From contig JAKBTL010000042.1 in assembly GCA_021844425.1 (NCBI GenBank), positions 2,133 to 66,132 of the forward strand: a stretch of 64,000 nt of DNA, written 5' to 3'. Within the stretch, counting starts at the first letter, position 1, and each line of letters starts with the position of its first letter. The position numbers and the translations under genes are program-made. The notes beneath the pieces were generated by a model. It had not been told where the DNA came from and did no database searches. It saw only the letters and a program-made list of their open reading frames with translations. This document shows positions 9,255-19,056 of this stretch, in pieces. This DNA is from Actinomycetes bacterium (GTDB lineage: Bacteria; Actinomycetota; Acidimicrobiia; Acidimicrobiales; RAAP-2).

Positions 9255-10480
9255 GGCCGGGCGACCTCGGAACTGGTGTCGCCCGAGAGGATGCGGAACA
9301 CCATGCCGGTGCGGGGCTTCGGCGAGAAGTAGGTGGTCTTCGGCGGCATGCGCCGGCGCGCGCGTGCCCATTCCGAGATCTGCGAGACGGTCACGGGACG
9401 AAGGAGGATCGCGAGCTGCGCGCTGCCTTCGCCGACCTCGCGCAACGCCTCCTGCCACGCCGCGGTGTAGGTGACCTGGGCCCCGGGCACCTCGCGCAGC
9501 GCCAGGTCGACCAAGCCGGCCTCGAGGTCCGTGCCCGCCTCCTCGAAGGCGCCGGGGCGGACGGTGAGGAGCCACGCGTCGAGCGGCGTCACCGCGGCGA
9601 GCGACCCGGACGACTCGAGCGCACCCACCACGCGCTCGGTCGCGGGGCCCGCGTGGACCGCGTCGAAGTACCGTCCGAGCAGCCCGTCGGGGTACGTCCC
9701 CGGCGAGAGTCCCCCGACCATCCGGTGGATCGCCTGGACGTGCAGCTGCGATTCGGCCAGCTCGACCATGAGCGCCATCACGAGGTCGTGGTCGCCCGGC
9801 CGATCCCCGTTCGCGCGTCGGACCTCGTCGCGGTACGCGCGGGCGGTCTCGTAGCGGTGATGGCCGTCGGCGATCACGACGGGCGACGCCGCCACCGCGG
9901 CGCGGACCTTCGCGATCGCCGCGGGGTCGTCGAGGACCCACATCTCGTGGCGCACGCCGTCGTCGTCGAACGCGACCTCTGCGGGAGGGCCGTCGGGAGC
10001 GAACGTCTCGGTCAGGCCCGGGGTGAGTGACAGGCCCCAGATCGGCGAGAGGTTCGCGCCCGTCGCGCGCAGCAGGTCGAGCCGGTCGCTCTTGGGCTTC
10101 GGCATCGTCTCTTCGTGAGGGAGCACGTCGTCGCCCATCGCCAGCGCGCCCACCACCCCGTTCGTGGTCGTGCCGTCCGGCGCCGTCATGCGGTAGGGGT
10201 AGAGGGCGGGTGCGGCGTCCTCGACGACGATCCGCCGCTCGAGCCAGGAGTCGAGGAGGTCGGCCGCCGCGACGTAGCGATCGCGGCCGGAGCCCAGCTC
10301 GGGCTCGGGAAGCTCGAGGTGGATCGCGTTGTAGGGGCTTCGGTGCGCGAGCACGTCCCGCTCGTGGGGCCCGACGACGTCGTAGGGCGGCGCGATCACC
10401 TGTCCGAGGTTCACCGCGCTGTTGTCGTAGCGCGCTCCTCTGAAAGCGTCGAAGCGTGGCACAGGCAAAGACTGGCACAT
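9251..10480 (-). CDS. DUF1015 family protein
   Basis: N-terminal FDAFRGARYD...VIAPPYDVV and DGHHRYE are typical of DUF1015. Start taken as ATG 10480 (MCQSLPVPRF); 10504 is possible. Its stop overlaps the korB stop (convergent). Confidence 0.75.
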   Translation of the reverse strand: MCQSLPVPRFDAFRGARYDNSAVNLGQVIAPPYDVVGPHERDVLAHRSPYNAIHLELPEPELGSGRDRYVAAADLLDSWLERRIVVEDAAPALYPYRMTAPDGTTTNGVVGALAMGDDVLPHEETMPKPKSDRLDLLRATGANLSPIWGLSLTPGLTETFAPDGPPAEVAFDDDGVRHEMWVLDDPAAIAKVRAAVAASPVVIADGHHRYETARAYRDEVRRANGDRPGDHDLVMALMVELAESQLHVQAIHRMVGGLSPGTYPDGLLGRYFDAVHAGPATERVVGALESSGSLAAVTPLDAWLLTVRPGAFEEAGTDLEAGLVDLALREVPGAQVTYTAAWQEALREVGEGSAQLAILLRPVTVSQISEWARARRRMPPKTTYFSPKPRTGMVFRILSGDTSSEVARP

Positions 10481-10503
10481 CGGCCGCCCGTAGACTGCAC
10501 TCA

Positions 10504-11205
10504 ATGGCGGACCCGGACCCTGTGCCCCACGCGCGACGCTCAGAGCCAGCCGGGGGGGAGCCGGGGCACAGCGCCGAAGACCGCGTCCTGACCCTCGCGA
10601 ACGTGGTCACCTCTATCCGGCTCCTCGGCGTCGGCGTGTTCCTGTGGCTGCTCTTCGGCCCTGGCGACCAGACCGCAGCGGCCGTCCTCCTCGCCGTCCT
10701 CGGCACCACCGACTGGGTGGACGGGCAGCTCGCCCGCCGCCTCCACCAGGTGTCGCGGATCGGCAAGGTGCTCGACCCGGCTGTCGACCGGGTGCTCGTC
10801 GGCGCTGCGGTCGTCGCCGTCATGGTGCACGGCGCGGTGCCCGTGTGGTTCGGCCTGCTCACGATCGCGCGGGAGGCGCTCGTCTCGGGCACGGTCGTCG
10901 TGCTGGCGGCGCTCGGGGCGCGGCGGATCGACGTACTGTGGATCGGCAAGGCCGGGACCTTCGGGCTGATGGTCGCCTATCCGGGGTTCCTCGTCAGCTA
11001 CGGCACCGCAGGGTGGCAGCAGCCGTTGCACGTCGCGGCCTGGGTCGCAGGGGCGGCGGGGATCGCGCTCGCCTGGGCAGCTGCCCTCGCGTACGTCGTG
11101 CCCGCCCGCCGCGCACTCGCAGAGGGCCGGGCGGGCCGCAGGCGGGACGGGGGAGCGCCCGGGGCGCGAGGATCGCTTCGAGAGCCCAGGGAGGTCGGCG
11201 CGTGA
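10504..11205 (+). CDS. CDP-alcohol phosphatidyltransferase family protein (phospholipid synthase)
   Basis: Complete family motif D-x2-DG-x2-AR-x8-G-x3-D-x3-D (DWVDGQLARRLHQVSRIGKVLDPAVD). Multiple TM stretches. Start at ATG 10504 is assumed. Confidence 0.8.
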   Translation: MADPDPVPHARRSEPAGGEPGHSAEDRVLTLANVVTSIRLLGVGVFLWLLFGPGDQTAAAVLLAVLGTTDWVDGQLARRLHQVSRIGKVLDPAVDRVLVGAAVVAVMVHGAVPVWFGLLTIAREALVSGTVVVLAALGARRIDVLWIGKAGTFGLMVAYPGFLVSYGTAGWQQPLHVAAWVAGAAGIALAWAAALAYVVPARRALAEGRAGRRRDGGAPGARGSLREPREVGA

Positions 11206-13688
11206 AGGCCGTCATCATGGCAGGGGGCGAGGGCACCCGGCTCCGCCCACTCACCTCCAACCAGCCGAAACCGATGCTGCCGATGGCCAACCGGCCGATG
11301 ATGGAGCACGTCGTCAACCTGCTCCGCCGCCACGGGATGACCGAGATCGTGGTGACTGTGGCGTTCATGGCCAACGCGGTGCGGACCTACTTCGGCGACG
11401 GGTCGGAGCTCGGCGTCCGCATGGTCTACGCCACGGAGGAGACCCCGCTCGGCACCGCCGGCTCGGTGCTGAACGCCCGCGACGAGCTCGACGAGCGCTT
11501 CCTCGTCATCTCCGGCGACGTGCTCACCGACATCGACCTCACCGCGGTGGTCGAGTTCCACGAGCGAAAGGAAGCGCTCGCGACCCTGGCGTTGTCCGCG
11601 GTCGAGAACCCCCTCGAGTTCGGGATCGTCATCACCCGCGAGGACGGGTCCATCGACCGGTTCCTCGAGAAGCCGACCTGGGGGCAGGTCTTCAGCGACA
11701 CCATCAACACCGGCATCTACGTCCTCGAGCCGGAGATCTTCGACCACATCCCCGCAGAGCGCCCCGTCGACTTCTCCGGTGAGGTCTTCCCCGAGGTGCT
11801 CGCACGCGGTCGTCCGATCTACGGCTACGTCGCCGAGGGCTACTGGGAGGACGTCGGCACGACCGAGGCGTACTTGCGCGCGCACCAAGACGTCCTCGAC
11901 GGCAAGGTGCAGGTCGACCTCGGCGGGTTCGAGATCCGGCCTGGGGTGTGGGTGGGCAAGGGCTGCACCATCGACCCTGCGGCGAGCATCGAGGGGCCGG
12001 CGCTCGTCGCAGACAACTGCACGATCGGCGCCGGTGTCGTCTTGGGCGAGTACTCGACGCTCGGCTCCAACGTCCGGGTGGCCGAGGGCGCAGAGGTGCG
12101 CCGCTCCGTGGTGCACGACAACGCCTACTTCGGACCAGGCTCCCGGGTGGCCGGCGCGGTGATCGGGCGCTCGTGCGACCTGCGCCGAGGAGCGACCTGC
12201 GAGCCCGGCTCGGTCCTCGGGGAGGGCTGCCTCATCGGTGCGCACGCGCACGTGCGGGGCGGCGTGAAGGTTTACCCCTTCAAGACGGTCGAGGCCGGAG
12301 CGGTGGTGAACTCGTCGATCGTCTGGGAGTCCCGGGGCGCGCGCACCCTCTTCGGGCGCGACGGCGTCCGCGGCATCGCGAACGTCGACATCATCCCGGA
12401 GCTCGTGGTGCGGCTCTCCATGGCGTGGGCCTCGACGCTGGACCGAGGGATGACCATCACCGCCTCGCGGGACACGAGCCGGGCTGCCCGTGTGCTCAAG
12501 CGCGCGGCGATGATCGGGTGCAATGCCGCCGGGGTGAACGTGGAGGACCTGGAGGTCGCGACGGTCCCCGTCACGCGGCACCACATCCGCGCGGCGGGGA
12601 ACCAGGGCGGTTTCACCGTCCGTCTGGCGCAGGACGATCCCCAGTCCGTCATCATCCGCCTCTTCGACGAGGAGGGACTGGACCTGGCCGAGAGCGGGCA
12701 GCGCAAGGTCGAGCGCCTGTACCACCGCGAGGACTTCCGCAGGGTCCTCGCGGGGCAGATCGGCGACATCGACTTCCCGGCGCGGGCGGTCGAGCAGTAC
12801 ACGAACGACATGGTCGGCGCAGTCGACCTCTCCGCCGCTCGCGCGGCCAACATGAAGATCGTCCTCGACCTCTCCTTCGGCTCGGCGAGCTTCGTGATGC
12901 CGTACCTGCTCGCGAAGCTCGATGCCGACGTGCTCGTGGTGAACCCCTACGCGCACACGACGGGGATGATGTCGGTCGACCGGGACGTGCACTCCCGTCG
13001 GGTCGCCGACCTCGTGCGCGCGTCGGGCGCGCAGCTCGGCGCGCTCGTCGACGCCGACTGCGAGCGGATCGTGATCGTCGACGACGCCGGGACCGTCCTC
13101 TCCGATGACCAGGCGCTGCTCGCGCTCTTGCGGCTCGTCGTCCAGACGCGCCGGGACCTGTCGGTCGCGCTCCCCGTCGGCGTCAGCCGATGGGCTGAGG
13201 CGATCTGCTCCGAGGCAGGTGTCCCGATCGTGTTCACCAAGGCCTCCGCGGCGAACGTCATGGAGGTTGCTTCGTCGGGGGAGGTCGGCTTCGCGGCCAG
13301 CCAGTCGGGCGGCTTCGCCTGGCCGGAGATCCTGCCGGCCTTCGACGCCGCGGCCACCCTGGTCGAGCTCGTCTCGATGCTCTCGCTCACGAGCCAACCG
13401 CTCTCGAAGATCGTCGACGATCTCCCCGCGGTGCACATCGTCCACGAGGCGGTGATGACCCCATGGGAGCAGAAGGGGATGGTCATGCGTACCCTGGTCG
13501 AGCAGCTCGACGGTCAGGACCTGGTGCTCATCGACGGAGTGAAGGTGCCCGCAGACGACGGATGGGCCCTCGTGCTGCCCGACCCCGACGACCCGGTGAC
13601 CCATGTCTGGGCGGAGGGGCCGAGCGAGGCGCGGGCCAGGGCACGTGCCCAGCAGTACGCCGTGCGATTGCGCCAGCTGCTCCGCTGA
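11202..13688 (+). CDS. Fusion: sugar-1-phosphate nucleotidyltransferase (mannose-1-P guanylyltransferase-like) + left-handed beta-helix + phosphomannomutase/phosphoglucomutase-like domain
   Basis: GTG 11202 overlaps the upstream stop (GTGA), with GGGAGG 9 nt upstream. N-terminus VIMAGGEGTRLRPLT. Hexapeptide-repeat middle section. PGM/PMM-like C-terminal half. The track ORF 10644.. is an upstream extension. Confidence 0.8.
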   Translation: MKAVIMAGGEGTRLRPLTSNQPKPMLPMANRPMMEHVVNLLRRHGMTEIVVTVAFMANAVRTYFGDGSELGVRMVYATEETPLGTAGSVLNARDELDERFLVISGDVLTDIDLTAVVEFHERKEALATLALSAVENPLEFGIVITREDGSIDRFLEKPTWGQVFSDTINTGIYVLEPEIFDHIPAERPVDFSGEVFPEVLARGRPIYGYVAEGYWEDVGTTEAYLRAHQDVLDGKVQVDLGGFEIRPGVWVGKGCTIDPAASIEGPALVADNCTIGAGVVLGEYSTLGSNVRVAEGAEVRRSVVHDNAYFGPGSRVAGAVIGRSCDLRRGATCEPGSVLGEGCLIGAHAHVRGGVKVYPFKTVEAGAVVNSSIVWESRGARTLFGRDGVRGIANVDIIPELVVRLSMAWASTLDRGMTITASRDTSRAARVLKRAAMIGCNAAGVNVEDLEVATVPVTRHHIRAAGNQGGFTVRLAQDDPQSVIIRLFDEEGLDLAESGQRKVERLYHREDFRRVLAGQIGDIDFPARAVEQYTNDMVGAVDLSAARAANMKIVLDLSFGSASFVMPYLLAKLDADVLVVNPYAHTTGMMSVDRDVHSRRVADLVRASGAQLGALVDADCERIVIVDDAGTVLSDDQALLALLRLVVQTRRDLSVALPVGVSRWAEAICSEAGVPIVFTKASAANVMEVASSGEVGFAASQSGGFAWPEILPAFDAAATLVELVSMLSLTSQPLSKIVDDLPAVHIVHEAVMTPWEQKGMVMRTLVEQLDGQDLVLIDGVKVPADDGWALVLPDPDDPVTHVWAEGPSEARARARAQQYAVRLRQLLR

Positions 13689-13751
13689 GCCAGCCGCGGC
13701 GGCTGCGGGATTGCGCCAGCTGCTCCGCTGAGCCAGCCGCGGCGGCTGCGG
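13666..13751. repeat. Perfect 43-bp tandem duplication spanning the last 7 codons plus stop of 11202..13688
   Basis: gattgcgccagctgctccgctgagccagccgcggcggctgcgg occurs twice back to back (13666-13708 and 13709-13751). Confidence 0.95.
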
Positions 13752-13775
13752 CGGCTGGCAGGATAGGGTTCCTCC

Positions 13776-14156
13776 GTGCTCGTTCCCGATGACCTCCGGT
13801 ACTCGACCGATCACGAATGGGCTCGCCCCGGCGAGGGGCGGGTACGCGTCGGGATCACCGACTACGCGCAGGACGCGCTGGGCGACGTCGTCTTCGTCGA
13901 CCTGCCCGAGGTGGGCAAGGCGGTGGCGGTGGGCGACGTCCTCGGAGAGGTCGAGTCCACGAAGTCCGTCTCGGAGGTGTACGCGCCGGTGGCCGGCAGG
14001 GTCGTCGCGGTGAACGACGCACTGTCGGGCGCACCCGAGAAGCTGAACCAGGACCCCTACGGCGAGGGATGGCTCTGCGAGATCGAGCTGGCTGGGACCG
14101 GCGACCTGGCCGGCCTGATGGACGCAGCCGGCTACCGGCAGCTCACCGAGGGTTGA
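13776..14156 (+). CDS. gcvH: Glycine cleavage system H protein
   Basis: 126 aa. Lipoyl-lysine motif EVESTKSVSEVYAP. HEW near the N-terminus. Confidence 0.92.
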   Translation: MLVPDDLRYSTDHEWARPGEGRVRVGITDYAQDALGDVVFVDLPEVGKAVAVGDVLGEVESTKSVSEVYAPVAGRVVAVNDALSGAPEKLNQDPYGEGWLCEIELAGTGDLAGLMDAAGYRQLTEG

Positions 14157-14173
14157 CCGCCGTCCCCGGCGGT
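14156..14173 (+). terminator. Small GC hairpin after gcvH (accgcc-gtcccc-ggcggt), possible terminator
   Basis: 6-bp stem read from the sequence. No U-tract. Confidence 0.2.
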
Positions 14174-14220
14174 CGAAAGAAGGCGCCCAACCCCGGAACC
14201 CCTCGTGCAAAGCGGCTACC

Positions 14221-14706
14221 GTGGTGGGCGTGTTCTGCCATAACTGCGGGCACCGCAACCCTGAAGGGGTGAACTTCTGCTCCTCATGCGGCGTCGCGCT
14301 TCCCTCGGAGCGGTCGGAGACGACGGTGGTGTTCATGCCCGTCGATGACCACGGCGAGAGCGCGGACGAAGAGCCTGCAGTCACCCTGGTCGAAGTGCCC
14401 CACGGCACGCCTGCCCTCGTGGTCAAGCGCGGCCCCGCGGTCGGGGCTCGTTACCTCTTGAAGTCGCAGGTGACCCGCGCCGGACGGCATCCGGAGAGCG
14501 ACATCTTCCTCGACGACATCACGGTTTCTCGTCGCCATGCGGAGATCGCGCGCGATGCGAGCGGCAGGATGATCGTGCGTGACGTCGGCTCGTTGAACGG
14601 GACGTACGTCAACCGCGAGCGGATCGAAGAGCACGTCCTCGCCGCCGGCGACGAAGTGCAGATCGGCAAGTTCAAGCTCGTGTACCTGGTGGCAGGCGAC
14701 GAGTGA
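14221..14706 (+). CDS. garA: FHA-domain regulator, GarA/OdhI-like, with an N-terminal zinc-ribbon
   Basis: [19 protein letters not shown] (CxxC-x10-CxxC), then SETTVVF resembling the GarA ETTS phospho-threonine motif. C-terminal FHA domain ([30 protein letters not shown]). Sits directly after gcvH, as in mycobacteria. Confidence 0.8.
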   Translation: MVGVFCHNCGHRNPEGVNFCSSCGVALPSERSETTVVFMPVDDHGESADEEPAVTLVEVPHGTPALVVKRGPAVGARYLLKSQVTRAGRHPESDIFLDDITVSRRHAEIARDASGRMIVRDVGSLNGTYVNRERIEEHVLAAGDEVQIGKFKLVYLVAGDE

Positions 14707-14722
14707 GCCGCAGCTCAGGGGG

Positions 14723-15985
14723 GTGGGCGCCACGACGGGGGCGCGGGCGGTGAGCGGCCGGTCGTACCTGTCGATCGGCGACGTGCTCAGCCTGCTGCGG
14801 GAGGAGTTCCCAGACGTCACGATCTCGAAGATCCGGTTCTTGGAGAGCCAGGGCTTGGTGGACCCTGAGCGGTCCCCCTCGGGCTACCGGAAGTTCTACG
14901 ACGACGACGTCGCACGCCTGCGCTGGGTGCTGCGCAAGCAGCGGGACCAATTCCTCCCGTTGAAGGTCATCCGGGACCGGCTCGCCGCAGCCGGCAACGG
15001 CGTGCCGGTCGACCCCGAGCCTGCCGACAGCGCGGGGGTTGCCGGGGCTGGGAGCGAGGAGGGTGCCGCCGCTGCTGCAGGTGGGAGCGAGGACGCGTAC
15101 GTGGTGGCCGGCTCCGACGGCCAGGCGAGCAACGGGACCGCTGAGACCTCGCCGGCAGACGGACGCGGCGACGACGTCCGAGGTATCGAGCTCGTCGACG
15201 AGCGGGAGGCGGCGACCGCGGCGGTGCATCCCGCCCAGCGACCGGAGGCGGCGACCGCGGCGGTGCATCCCGCCCAGCGACCGGAGGCGCCGAGCGCGGC
15301 GGTGCATCCCGCCCAGCGACCGGAGGCGGCGACCGCTGCGGTGCATCCCGCCCAGCGACCGGAGGCGCCGACCGCTGCGGTGCATCCCGCCCAGCGACCG
15401 GAGGCGCCGACCGCTGCGGTGCAAGGGCACCAGGGCGTCCTCTCGGCCGCGCCCCCTCCCGTCGGGCGGGGCGGGCCCTACCCTTCGTCGCGCCCTGCCC
15501 AACCGGCGGGAGCCGCGGACGAGTATTCGGCCCACGACGTCGGCCCTGCGCCTGCCAAGGCGAGCGCCGCCGACGCTGCAGGAGTGCTGGCGCCGTCGGT
15601 GTCAAGCGTCAGCCTCACGCTTGCCGAGCTGTGCGCCGCGACGGGGCTCAGCCCCGAGGCGGTGGCGTCGCTCGAGGGCTTCGGCCTCCTCGCCCCGATG
15701 GCGGTTGCCGGCGGGTCGTACTACGACGAGGAGGCGCTCACTGTGGGCAAGCTGGTCGTCGACTTCAGCCGCTACGGCGTCGAGCCGCGCCACTTGCGGA
15801 TGTACCGCAATGCAGCGGACCGGGAGATCGGACTGGTCGAGCAGATCATCACCCCGCTCCTTCGCCAGCGCAACCCGGAGGCGCGCCAGCGAGCCGTCGA
15901 TGCTGCAACGGACCTCGCTCGGCTCGGGCAGGCCATGCGTGCCTCGCTCGTGCGGGCGGAGCTCCGGCGGAAGCTCGGCGGCTGA
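14723..15985 (+). CDS. MerR-family transcriptional regulator (FtsR/Rv1828-like) with a repeat-expanded linker
   Basis: N-terminal MerR HTH ([10 protein letters not shown]...[25 protein letters not shown]). Second MerR-like C-terminal domain. A 39-bp repeat array lies between them. Confidence 0.8.
   Translation: MGATTGARAVSGRSYLSIGDVLSLLREEFPDVTISKIRFLESQGLVDPERSPSGYRKFYDDDVARLRWVLRKQRDQFLPLKVIRDRLAAAGNGVPVDPEPADSAGVAGAGSEEGAAAAAGGSEDAYVVAGSDGQASNGTAETSPADGRGDDVRGIELVDEREAATAAVHPAQRPEAATAAVHPAQRPEAPSAAVHPAQRPEAATAAVHPAQRPEAPTAAVHPAQRPEAPTAAVQGHQGVLSAAPPPVGRGGPYPSSRPAQPAGAADEYSAHDVGPAPAKASAADAAGVLAPSVSSVSLTLAELCAATGLSPEAVASLEGFGLLAPMAVAGGSYYDEEALTVGKLVVDFSRYGVEPRHLRMYRNAADREIGLVEQIITPLLRQRNPEARQRAVDAATDLARLGQAMRASLVRAELRRKLGG
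15206..15423. repeat. 39-bp tandem repeat, about 5.6 copies ([13 protein letters not shown] units)
   Basis: Copies start at 15206, 15245, 15284, 15323, 15362 and 15401, with a few substitutions. In-frame. Confidence 0.9.
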
Positions 15986-16030
15986 TCGAGTCGCCGCACA
16001 CCGCCTCCGGGGTCACGCTACATTGCTCGT

Positions 16031-16531
16031 ATGGTCGAAGTCCGCCTGCGGGCTGTCAGGGTGGACCTGCAGTCCAACACTCCTGTGCTGTTGCTCCAGG
16101 AGACCGAGGGGGAGGGACGTACTCTGCCGATCTTCATCGGCACCCCGGAGGCCGCCGCGATCGCGTATGCCGTGCAGGGTGTCGCGATGCCGCGCCCGAT
16201 GACCCACGACCTCATCCGTGACCTTCTCGCCACGCTCGACGTGTCGGTGGAGCGAGTGGTGATCACCGAGCTGCGGTCGTCGACGTACTTCGCCGAGTTG
16301 CAGCTGCGCCGAGGAGCGGAGCGATCAGTGGTGTCGAGCCGTCCTTCCGACGCGGTCGCCGTCGCGGTGCGTATGAACAGCCCGCTCTACGTGGCGGACG
16401 ACTTGATGGACGCCGAGGGCATCATCCTGGCGATCGAGCCCGCCGACGAGGACGACGAGAGCCCGGACGAGCTCGTCGGGCAGTTTCGTCAGTTCCTCGA
16501 CTCCGTCAAGCCCGAGGACTTCGGCGGCTAG
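16031..16531 (+). CDS. Bifunctional nuclease family protein (DUF151/BFN)
   Basis: 166 aa. PVLLLQE...LPIFIG..EA.AI and RPMTHDL are typical of BFN. Conserved position after the MerR gene. Confidence 0.8.
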   Translation: MVEVRLRAVRVDLQSNTPVLLLQETEGEGRTLPIFIGTPEAAAIAYAVQGVAMPRPMTHDLIRDLLATLDVSVERVVITELRSSTYFAELQLRRGAERSVVSSRPSDAVAVAVRMNSPLYVADDLMDAEGIILAIEPADEDDESPDELVGQFRQFLDSVKPEDFGG

Positions 16532-16547
16532 TCCCGGCTGGGCCGGT

Positions 16548-17561
16548 CTAGCTCGAGAGCGCTGGATGCACGAGGACGCGTCCCCTCACGCGCGCCCCCA
16601 GCACGTCGCCGAGCACCCCGCGCAGCTCGCCGAGACCGACTTCTCTCGCGACCATCGCGTCGACCGTAGATGCGGGGAGCCGCTCTTGGATGGTCGACCA
16701 GATGCGCCTGCGCTGTGTGATCGGCGTCTGGACGGAATCGACGCCGAGGAGGGAAACGCCCCGGATGATGAACGGGTAGACGGTCGAAGGGAGGTCCGTC
16801 CCCCCCGTGAGCCCGCTCGCGGCCACCGCTCCTCCGTAGCGAAGCGCGCGCAGCACGGAGGCGAGCGTCTCGCCACCCACGCAGTCGACCGCGCCGGTCC
16901 AGCGCTCGGAGGAGAGGGCTCGGCCTGTGTCTCCGAGCGCATCGCGCCCGATCACCTCGGCCGCGCCGAGCCCCCGCAGGTAGTCGTGCTCGGCGGCCTT
17001 GCCCGTGCTCGCAACGACCTCGTACCCCTGCCCTGCGAGCGCGGCGACCGCCATGCTGCCGACGCCGCCGGAGGCGCCGGTCACGAGCACGGGGCCGTCG
17101 CCGGGGTCCACGCCGGCGTGGCGGAGCTTGTCGAGCGAGAGGACTGCAGTGAACCCAGCGGTGCCGATCGCAGCGGCATGCCTGGTCGTGAGGGACTCGG
17201 GGAGCGGGACGACCCACGATGCGGGCACACGCGCCCGGGTCGCGAAGCCTCCGTGGTGCGCGACGCCGAGGTCGTAGCCGTGGACCAGGACCGCCGCGCC
17301 TGGCTCGAAGCTCGGGTCGGTGCTCTCGAGCACGCGCCCTGCGAGGTCCACTCCGGGGACGAGCGGCGAGCGGCGAGCGACCCGGTTGCCCGCCACCGTC
17401 ACCAGTGCGTCCTTGTAGTTGACCGCCGACCACTCGACAGCGACGAGCACCTCTCCTTCGGATCCTTCGGATCCTTCGGAGAGCTGGGCGTCGTCGAGCT
17501 CTTCGACGGCGGTGCGCACGTTGCCGTTGGTGCGGGTGGCGGTGAAGGCGAGCCAGGTCAC
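16548..17561 (-). CDS. NADPH:quinone/acrylyl-CoA reductase, YhdH/AcuI-type MDR oxidoreductase
   Basis: 337 aa. VNYKDAL, GASGGVGS nucleotide-binding loop, and overall YhdH-like layout. Confidence 0.8.
   Translation of the reverse strand: MTWLAFTATRTNGNVRTAVEELDDAQLSEGSEGSEGEVLVAVEWSAVNYKDALVTVAGNRVARRSPLVPGVDLAGRVLESTDPSFEPGAAVLVHGYDLGVAHHGGFATRARVPASWVVPLPESLTTRHAAAIGTAGFTAVLSLDKLRHAGVDPGDGPVLVTGASGGVGSMAVAALAGQGYEVVASTGKAAEHDYLRGLGAAEVIGRDALGDTGRALSSERWTGAVDCVGGETLASVLRALRYGGAVAASGLTGGTDLPSTVYPFIIRGVSLLGVDSVQTPITQRRRIWSTIQERLPASTVDAMVAREVGLGELRGVLGDVLGARVRGRVLVHPALSS
17454..17480. repeat. 9-bp tandem repeat x3 (SEG SEG SEG in the reductase)
   Basis: tccttcgga x3, read directly. Confidence 0.9.
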
Positions 17562-17748
17562 GGCGACACTGTACGGCCGCGCCCACAGGTCGGGGAGTAG
17601 GGTGGGTCGTGGTGGGCGTCTCCGTCACACCGGAGTGACCGCGACCGCGCGACGCAGCCACCACCTTGAGGGAGCCGCCGTGATCGCCTGGGCAACGTGC
17701 ACGACGCAGCGCGTGACGGCGCGCACGCACGGCGCCGTGAGGACGCTC

Positions 17749-19056
17749 ATGACGGCATGGGGCCCCGAGGGCGGCGACGCAGTGCTCTACGGCCTTGCCG
17801 CGCTCTTCGCAGTGCTGACCGGTCTTCTGGCCGGCCTTCCCGGTTACCGAGACTGGGCCTGGCTGGCGCTCGGTCCCTACGCTGCCGGGGCGCTCGTGTC
17901 CGCGTACGTGGGGCGACGGCGCTCGAGAGCAGCCTCGGCCGCCCGACGCGGCTCGGAGTGGGGACCGGCGCGCGTGTGGGTCCTGCTCTTCCTGCTCGTC
18001 GGTGCGACGCTCGCGCCCCTCGCCGCCGAAGTCGCGCTGCGCAACGACGGCCCCCCGGGCTCGCACGTGCAGCCCGAGGTGGTGGTGATCGCCCAGGCCG
18101 GGGAGCGCCTGTTCCACGGCAAGGACCTGTACGCGGCCACCGTCCGCGACGGCCACGTGCGCTCTGCCGTGCGCGGAGAGCCCACCTACGAGTCGTTCTT
18201 CCCCTACCTGCCGCTCATGGCGGTGTTCGGGCTGCAGAACGTCGGCAAGGGACCCGTCAAGGTGACCGACACGCGCGTGCTGTTCAGCATCGTCACGCTG
18301 GTCGTCGTCGGCGTGGCGCTCGTGCTCCTGCGCGCCCCGAAGGAGCGCAAGATGCGAGCGCTGCAGTTCTTGACCGTGCTGCCGACCGCCGCCCTCCCTC
18401 TTGCGACGGGCGGCGACGACATGCCGATCGTCGCATTCCTCTTGCTCGCCGTAGTCCTCGCACAGCGCCGCCGTCCCGGCTGGAGCGGGGTCGTGCTCGG
18501 GGTCGTCTCGGCGATGAAGTTCACGGCGTGGCCGTTCGCGGCCCTCGCGCTGTTCTGCGCGCGCGACCGCGACGGCCGCAGGGCGCCCGGGAGGATGCTG
18601 CTTGGGATCGTGGCGATCGCGGGCCCTGTGGTGGCGCCGTTCGCCGCTTCCGAGGCGCGGGCGTTCTTCGACAACGTGATCCTCTTTCCGCTCGGGCTCT
18701 CCGGGGTCGCCTCGCCTGCTGCGAGCAACCTCCCCGGCCACGTGCTCGTCACCGAGCTGCCCTGGCTGCACACCGCGCTGCCCGTCGTGGTGGCGCTGGT
18801 CGGCGGCGCGCTGGTGGTGCAGCGGCTGTGGCGGCGCCCCCCAGCCTCCCCGGCCGAGGTGGCGACGCTCGCCGGCTGGGTCATGCTCGTGGCGATCTTC
18901 TTCGCCCCGGCGACGCGCGTCGGCTACCTGCTCTATCCGGCCGACTTCTTCGTCTGGGGGTGGATGCTGTCCGCCGCGGAGAGCGGGGAGCCCGACACGG
19001 CTCCGGCGACGGTGCTCGAGCTCGAGCGCGCTCAGGTCGCGTCGGGCATCTCGTAG
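17749..19056 (+). CDS. Polytopic membrane protein, DUF2029/GT87-like putative glycosyltransferase
   Basis: About 435 aa with many hydrophobic segments. ATG 17749 is in frame in track ORF 17419..19056. The functional call is only by general resemblance. Confidence 0.55.
   Translation: MTAWGPEGGDAVLYGLAALFAVLTGLLAGLPGYRDWAWLALGPYAAGALVSAYVGRRRSRAASAARRGSEWGPARVWVLLFLLVGATLAPLAAEVALRNDGPPGSHVQPEVVVIAQAGERLFHGKDLYAATVRDGHVRSAVRGEPTYESFFPYLPLMAVFGLQNVGKGPVKVTDTRVLFSIVTLVVVGVALVLLRAPKERKMRALQFLTVLPTAALPLATGGDDMPIVAFLLLAVVLAQRRRPGWSGVVLGVVSAMKFTAWPFAALALFCARDRDGRRAPGRMLLGIVAIAGPVVAPFAASEARAFFDNVILFPLGLSGVASPAASNLPGHVLVTELPWLHTALPVVVALVGGALVVQRLWRRPPASPAEVATLAGWVMLVAIFFAPATRVGYLLYPADFFVWGWMLSAAESGEPDTAPATVLELERAQVASGIS

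Noticed and set aside
8070-10949. Very long ORFs in the track: 8070..10949, 10998..14426, 16528..19329, 3567..6311, 17697..20015, the upstream part of 1780..4797, and 55630..56754 of 53380..56754
   Set aside because: They are antisense or out of frame to genes with clear homology. They are Arg/Pro/Gly/Ala-rich with no motifs, the typical open-frame artefact of very high GC DNA.
13689-13775. Glycine riboswitch upstream of gcvH (23099-23690, upstream of gcvT, was also checked)
   Set aside because: No GGAGAG...CACCG / ACCGAAGGGGCAA-type cores. The gcvH leader is essentially the 43-bp duplication.
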